Assembly (NCBI RefSeq): GCF_006345805.1
Contig: NW_021826037.1
Coordinates: 1 to 13,664 of the forward strand
From: Octopus sinensis
Lineage: Eukaryota
Length of the DNA: 13,664 nt
Reading direction: 5' to 3'
Shown here: in pieces, positions 8,173-13,664 of the stretch
Numbering within the stretch: position 1 is the stretch's first letter
Layout of the letters: the number at the start of each line of letters is the position of its first letter
Notes under the pieces: model-generated
What the model was told of the DNA's origin: nothing
The model's database searches: none
The model's input: the letters and a program-made list of their open reading frames with translations, nothing else
Made by a program: the position numbers and the translations under genes

Positions 8173-8289
8173 TTTAAATATATTATTAAAAAAATATTTT
8201 ATCTATTCACAGTACATTTTGAACTTCTACTTTTCTTACATATACATATATTTCCACATACACACAAATATATATATATATATACTTTT

Positions 8290-8495
8290 CTACTCGAAGC
8301 ACAAGGCCCGAAATTTTTGGGAAAGGTACCAGTCGATTAGATCAACAACAGTAAGTAACTGGTACTTAGTTTATCGTCCCCGAAAGGATGAAAGCCAAAG
8401 TCAGCCTCGGCATGATTTGAACTCAGAACATAAAGAAAAACGAAATAGCGATAAGCATTTTGCCCCGCGTGCTAACGTTTCTACCAGCTTCCCGC
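8290..8495 (-). mobile_element. SINE family 1, copy D
   Basis: The reverse complement reads GCGGGAAGCTGGTAGAAACGTTAGCACGCGGGGCAAAATGCTTATCGCTATTTCGT...GAGTTCAAATC..GCCGAGG...AAGTACCAGTTAC, and aligns to copies A-C. Confidence 0.88.
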
Positions 8496-8599
8496 TTAAG
8501 CATAGAAAACTACAGGCAGAAACTTAAAAGCATCCACTCCTCCTATATAAATATATATACATATATATGTGTGAACGTGAGTGGGTAGGTGTGTATGTG

Positions 8600-8601
8600 T
8601 G

Positions 8602-8651
<50 letters not shown>

Positions 8652-8659
8652 CATATATG
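8600..8659. repeat. (TA)n/(GT)n microsatellite
   Basis: Directly visible. Confidence 0.93.
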
Positions 8660-8813
8660 TCCTTTACTTCGCTTTTACTCACTAGACTGCGACCCTGCTG
8701 GGCTACGAGCTTCAAAAACATTGGCCGAATGAATTAACTCCAATACTTATTATTTTTTGAATCCTGGTAATTTTTCTATCAGTTTTTTACGGAGCGGCTA
8801 AGTCACAGAGACG
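8660..8813 (-). mobile_element. SINE family 2 3' fragment (diverged), inverted relative to 7909-8015
   Basis: Partial reverse-complement similarity to 7970-8015. It ends on the minus strand in a ...GAAGTAAAGGA tail-like sequence. Confidence 0.6.
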
Positions 8814-8828
8814 CCCACGTGTGTATGC

Positions 8829-8885
<57 letters not shown>

Positions 8886-9270
8886 GCTTCTCTCTACAAG
8901 CATTAATTTGTTATAACCGAATATGTTGCTTTTTCATCCATATATCTCTTTTTCTTTTACATTTTGGCTTGTATTCTTGTTGTTTTCCCCCGTTATTCGT
9001 GCGTAAAAAGCGTACCACAAAAATATAATAAAGAAAAAGAAATTAAAAAATAGACCGCATCTCCCACACCCATCTGCAAAAAAAAATATAACTTCATATA
9101 AAAATAAATCCACAAATATTCAGATAGCTCGGTGGATTTTTCTATATTTTTTCTTTGATTTTATTTCGCCATTTTTCTGTGCAGGACCATAAATGTCACA
9201 CACTTGTATGTCAGAACCGATGTTAATCTATGATATATAGGTTGTAGAACTATAATGGTTTTAGTGGAAC

Positions 9271-9317
9271 CAACATTACCAAAGTGATTAACCTTCGGTC
9301 ATCAGTTTACAATGTTA
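9271..9317 (-). ncRNA. Candidate minimal type-I hammerhead ribozyme-like motif (possibly a decayed Penelope pLTR)
   Basis: The minus RNA reads UAACAUUGUAAA-CUGAUGA-CC-GAA-GGUUAAUC-AC-UUUGGUAAUGUUG. It has an exact CUGAUGA core, flanks that pair (12 bp including G.U, one bulge) and a near-palindromic GGUUAAUC. It deviates from canonical GAAA/UH. Confidence 0.4.
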
Positions 9318-9711
9318 CTATATTTCAATCTCGTCTTTCTTTTCTTTAGGGTATTTGTTTTTGTTCTTTTCTTGTCTTTTATTTCTTTTTCCTTTAGTTA
9401 TTTTCTTGGCATTTATACATTTTTTGGAACAGGGGAAAAAAGGAAGGAACTGAAAATGATTTGCGCAAATAATTATTAGGTGACCCAATAAATTCGTGGT
9501 GTTGTGTATCCCTCTAGAACTTCCCAAAAGCCAGACACACGTGATAGACCATCTAACAGATGGTTTTCTCGAGTTTCTGAATACATAGGGCCGCAGTTAA
9601 TATCAGACAAAGAGGAACAGGTCTCATATATATATACGAGCGTTATACTAATACATCTGTTTGTGGTCCACACCACCTGTCTTCGTCTTTTGTTCTTTTG
9701 TGAATTCTCCT

Positions 9712-9713
<2 letters not shown>

Positions 9714-9742
<29 letters not shown>

Positions 9743-9750
9743 TTGTGTAT
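9714..9750. repeat. (TA)/(GT)n microsatellite
   Basis: Directly visible. Confidence 0.9.
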
Positions 9751-9959
9751 CCATGTATATATCAGATAAACACATATCTGCAAGTGTAGGTATGTATGAT
9801 TGTTGTAGCAGTATGTTGGCTTACCAACCATAATTTTTGGAGCCATATATTATTTACAATGGATATCATGGAATGAGTAAGGAAATAACTATATGTTTGA
9901 ACAAAAGCATGAAGACGTATTGGCATAGTCTATAAAAGCCACTCCAGAATAACCAGTCC

Positions 9960-10710
9960 AATGGAAACATTGCTCGATACAAAAAACAATAGTAACATTC
10001 AATAATCTTAGAAACTATAAAGATTAAAACTTGATACAATATAGACGATAAAGTTAAAGTTTTACCTCTAGAGAGAACATATAACACCTAAAAGGATCAC
10101 TAGCCAATTTTATTGCAATGCATCTACATGACTTATCCGCCCAAACAAAGCGCAATTAAATACAGTTAGCAAATATACGTTAGATAAAATAATTATCAAC
10201 ATTAAAAGCGTTTCCTGGTTACCATTATTGAAAAGCAGTATGTAAGTTATAAAGCGGTTCGATAATATCGATAATATAGATTTAGTCATTTTGACATCGC
10301 AGATCATTATCCTTCTACTACTAAGACCTTAATCCAAAAAGCATTAACTTTGCCAGCAAACATATTTCTATTAGTGAATCAGAAATTAAATCATTATGAA
10401 TAGCAGAAAATCTATATCAACCATTGACAAAAACCCGATGGTATATAAAAATGGTAATTATTTCTTTGATGTCTGCATGGGATCGATAGATTCCGTGGAA
10501 ATATGTGAATTAAACTACATTTACATATTGCCAATGATACACAATAGATTTAAATTTTTACAAGGTGGCCTCTGCTATATTAATGGGTGTTTAATATTAC
10601 GTCATATGAATAAGCACTAAAGAAATAAACTTTGAAAAAAATGTTACTTTATTCGTAGTAAAATCTCGGCACAAAATAGTTAATTTTCATGACGAAGCGT
10701 AGAATTAGCA
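9960..10710 (+). mobile_element. Penelope-like element (PLE) reverse transcriptase remnant, heavily decayed
   Basis: Stitched frames read GNIARYKK...NIDDKVKVLPLERTYNT*KDH / LIRPNKAQLNTVSKYTLDKI / FSHFDIADHYPSTTKTLIQKAL (motif A, 10281-10316) / FASKHISISESEI..IMNSRKS...FFDVCMGSIDSVEICEL (MGS motif at 10477) ...GGLCYING (decayed GLYRDDG, catalytic Asps lost) ... KIVNFHD (from VNFLD). The order and spacing match PLE RT. Confidence 0.88.
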
Positions 10711-10784
10711 CTCTTACCAATGAAATCCCTAAACTAGTCCCCTAATGAAGCTGTAACTAACCAAATACCCCTAATGCGGAGGTA

Positions 10785-10985
10785 ATAGTAACTGCCAGAT
10801 GTAATAAAGCGAAACTTAGAGATCTCTGTTAAGAAAGGAAGGTCACACATAAAGTGCCTTTGATAATGAGTCTACAGAATCAGAAATAACCAAAGCAGGA
10901 ACGTTCCCACCTAACGTAATCATAGACTATTTCTAAATCTCATAGAATTTATTTAAACCACTCTCATCCTATGTGACAAAAATGC
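10785..10985 (+). mobile_element. Possible decayed GIY-YIG endonuclease region of the same PLE
   Basis: Faint ordered echoes NCQ...LRDLC*ERKVTHK...GTF...NHR.F...LSSYV, versus PLE CNC...CPL.G.C....VY.A...GTFK.R..NH..SF...LS.YVW. The GIY/YIG motifs themselves are not intact, and the linker after RT appears shortened. Confidence 0.4.
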
Positions 10986-11009
10986 ATTCACCAGTATTGG
11001 TCTCTCAGG

Positions 11010-11064
11010 TACTTGAGCTTACATACATCCATACATACATACATATATAAAGACATACAATATG

Positions 11065-11106
<42 letters not shown>

Positions 11107-11193
11107 CATACGTATATATAGAACACATACATATATTATATATATATATACATATATTTATATACACATACATAAATATATATATATATATAT

Positions 11194-11247
<54 letters not shown>

Positions 11248-11402
11248 CAAGTATATACACATACATCCGTATACATACATACACATATCTATATATAGGT
11301 GTGTACGCAGTTTATCTGCGTGGTTGAGAGTATTTATATATGTGTATGCTTGGGAAAAAAAATATATATATATACACACACACAAACCACACCACCACAC
11401 AC

Positions 11403-11462
<60 letters not shown>

Positions 11463-11553
11463 CAATATATATATATATATATATATATATGCATCTATGT
11501 ATGCATTATATAAAGGTGGTGATAAATATCTGTGTATAGGTTTATATAAAGAA

Positions 11554-11605
<52 letters not shown>

Positions 11606-11665
11606 CGAGAGAGAGAGAGTGAGACGCATGTGTATATATGTATATATGTATTTTATATATACAAG
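11010..11665. repeat. Large compound (TA)n/(CA)n/(GA)n microsatellite field
   Basis: Directly visible; this is the source of the overlapping YI/CV/ER ORFs. Confidence 0.95.
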
Positions 11666-11974
11666 TACATATGAGTGTGCAAAGATACATCGATGAAATA
11701 ATAATACGTAACATGGAATATATGCCAAAGAACTTCAAACAAAAGTATCAATATATCCTATCTCAATGATGTGTTCTCTAAACAACATTTATTCACCGTT
11801 TTCCCGATTTACTCTTAACACAGATAATATTGCTACGATGCTTGTTGTGGAATTTATTAATTTTGCAATACGTTTCATTTTGTGTAGCCAATATCATCAT
11901 TTTTTTCCTTACCATGATCAATTAGATTATTAAACCATATCGTAACGATACATTAGATATTCAACTACAATATT

Positions 11975-11976
<2 letters not shown>

Positions 11977-12037
<61 letters not shown>

Positions 12038-12045
12038 TATTATAC

Positions 12046-12076
<31 letters not shown>

Positions 12077-12125
12077 TATACATATATATATACATGTATG
12101 TATATTATATATATCTATATATATA

Positions 12126-12176
<51 letters not shown>

Positions 12177-12225
12177 TGATACCTGTATATGTATGTATAT
12201 ATGTTATATATATATACATATTCTG
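11977..12225. repeat. (TA)n microsatellite field
   Basis: Directly visible. Confidence 0.95.
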
Positions 12226-12477
12226 TATAAGTTTTTTTTTTTAAATCACACTTTATATGAATGAATAACATATTTATATTCTCAAAATGGCGAAATTATA
12301 GTTCAAGATATTAAGATATTTGGGTAGGAAAAAAATAAAGAAAAACATTTCAGACAGGAATAAGATGGGAGAATGAGGATGCAGATATACTGGAAGAAAA
12401 GAAAAGTAGAAAAATGGAAGGGAACGGGAAAGTGATGGAGGAGAGAAAGGAAGAAAGAAAGAAGTAGACGGAGAGAG

Positions 12478-12570
12478 GTGAAAGGAAGAAAGAAAGAAGG
12501 AAGGAAGGAAGGAAGGAAGGAAGGAAGGAAGGAAGGAAGGAAGGAAGGAAGGAAGGAAGGAAAGAAAGAT
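12478..12570 (+). repeat. (GAAG)n polypurine microsatellite within a purine-rich tract (about 12390-12640)
   Basis: Directly visible; it gives the FLPS-repeat ORF. Confidence 0.95.
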
Positions 12571-13001
12571 GGACTGCAAAGAAAGAGGGAAAAGAATGAA
12601 GGAAATGGACGGAAATAAGGAAAGATTCGAAAACAGAAAAAAATATAGAATTAAGTAATTTGACAGTTTTGCAATAAAATTTGCTCTTTAAATTTTAAAT
12701 TTTGGTATTTTATTTTAGGAAAAAAAAAAGGACCTTGTCAATTAAATATGAAAGACTATAAAAATATGAAACGACAGCATGTAAATATAAAATCTACAGA
12801 TGTTAATATTAGTATCATATTTAGTGCTAATCTGATATTAAAGAGTGAAAAAAGAAGTTGTAGAAAACTAAAATAAGAGAAAATAATAAAAAAAAATTCA
12901 AAAAAGGAAACTAAAGATTAAATTTTGTGTAAATATTTCTTCAAATTTTGTGAAAATCTTCTCTTCTCGTCTGGTATCTGTTGTGTGCCTCTTGTTCACT
13001 T

Positions 13002-13053
13002 TATTATTATTATTATTTTTTTTTTGTTATTATTATTATTACTCATTTTGTAA

Positions 13054-13113
<60 letters not shown>

Positions 13114-13170
13114 CATTGCTCTTCTTCTTATCATTATTATTGGTATCATTATTATCATTATTATTATATC
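13002..13170 (+). repeat. (ATT)n microsatellite with degenerate flanks
   Basis: Directly visible. Confidence 0.95.
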
Positions 13171-13329
13171 TTTATTATTTTCAATCTTGTTGGTTGCTTG
13201 GTTTGGTTTTGATCTGAAACTCGTGTGATGAAACCTATTGCTGCATATTCCAACTTGTGTTATGTTATTAGATATTTATTAGCACGCAACCTCTATTTGT
13301 CATTCATTGATTTCTTTACACACAAACAC

Positions 13330-13330
<1 letters not shown>

Positions 13331-13372
<42 letters not shown>

Positions 13373-13415
13373 TTTGTTGTTGTTGTTGCTGAGGTTGATG
13401 TTGTTGTTATTATTG
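13331..13415. repeat. (TA)n followed by (GTT)n
   Basis: Directly visible. Confidence 0.9.
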
Positions 13416-13627
13416 ATGGTGGCAGACGTTGGAGCAATGGAAAAAAATGAATTACCGTGTTTAGATTTGGCAATTTACATTGGGAATTAAAATACCCAAG
13501 AGATACATTTAAATGTTTCCCTACCGGTAGCCGATAAAATAAGTTTTCAGTTAAGTACTACCTTAATACATCTCTTAACGCCTCGACGCAACATACTGGC
13601 TTTTTTTTTTATCAGAAACAATTATCC

Positions 13628-13661
<34 letters not shown>
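13628..13661 (+). repeat. (ATT)n microsatellite
   Basis: Directly visible. Confidence 0.95.

Positions 13662-13664
<3 letters not shown>

Noticed and set aside
9548-9564. Perfect 7-bp inverted repeat ACCATCT-AAC-AGATGGT
   Set aside because: Too short to exceed chance expectation in 13.7 kb.
11907-11915. Minus-strand ATG|GTAAGG, a possible start codon at an exon end
   Set aside because: Isolated 9-mer. Its phase 0 does not join the open frame of the 6578 exon candidate (phase 1), and there is no promoter evidence.
560-13228. The many ORF-track entries rich in YI/IY, CV, HT, poly-I/L/N, ER or FLPS
   Set aside because: They are translations of stop-free microsatellites ((TA)n, (CA)n, (ATT)n, (GA)n, (GAAG)n) and contain no domain-like content.

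Overview
Eukaryotic, strongly AT-rich, microsatellite-saturated non-coding DNA. The repeat landscape looks to me like a coleoid cephalopod (Octopus-like); this rests on recalled repeat resemblance and is not verified. No intact gene is present, and nearly all ORFs in the supplied track are translations of (TA)n/(CA)n/(ATT)n/(GAAG)n repeats. Supported content: (i) seven SINE or SINE-like fragments, four of which share a Pol III-type head but have different tails; (ii) a 5'-truncated R4/Dong-clade non-LTR retrotransposon (restriction-like endonuclease C-terminus plus 3' UTR) set in an (ATT)n array, next to a 91-bp orphan insert; (iii) an L1/Tx1-type ORF2 C-terminal remnant with a CCHC knuckle; (iv) a decayed Penelope-like element (RT motifs clear, GIY-YIG region faint) with a candidate minimal hammerhead ribozyme about 650 bp upstream on the opposite strand; (v) a 148-bp imperfect foldback; (vi) one plausible orphan coding exon on the minus strand. 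I see no evidence of a novel multi-gene system. The best leads are the hammerhead candidate, the foldback and the (TAA)n retroposon stack.
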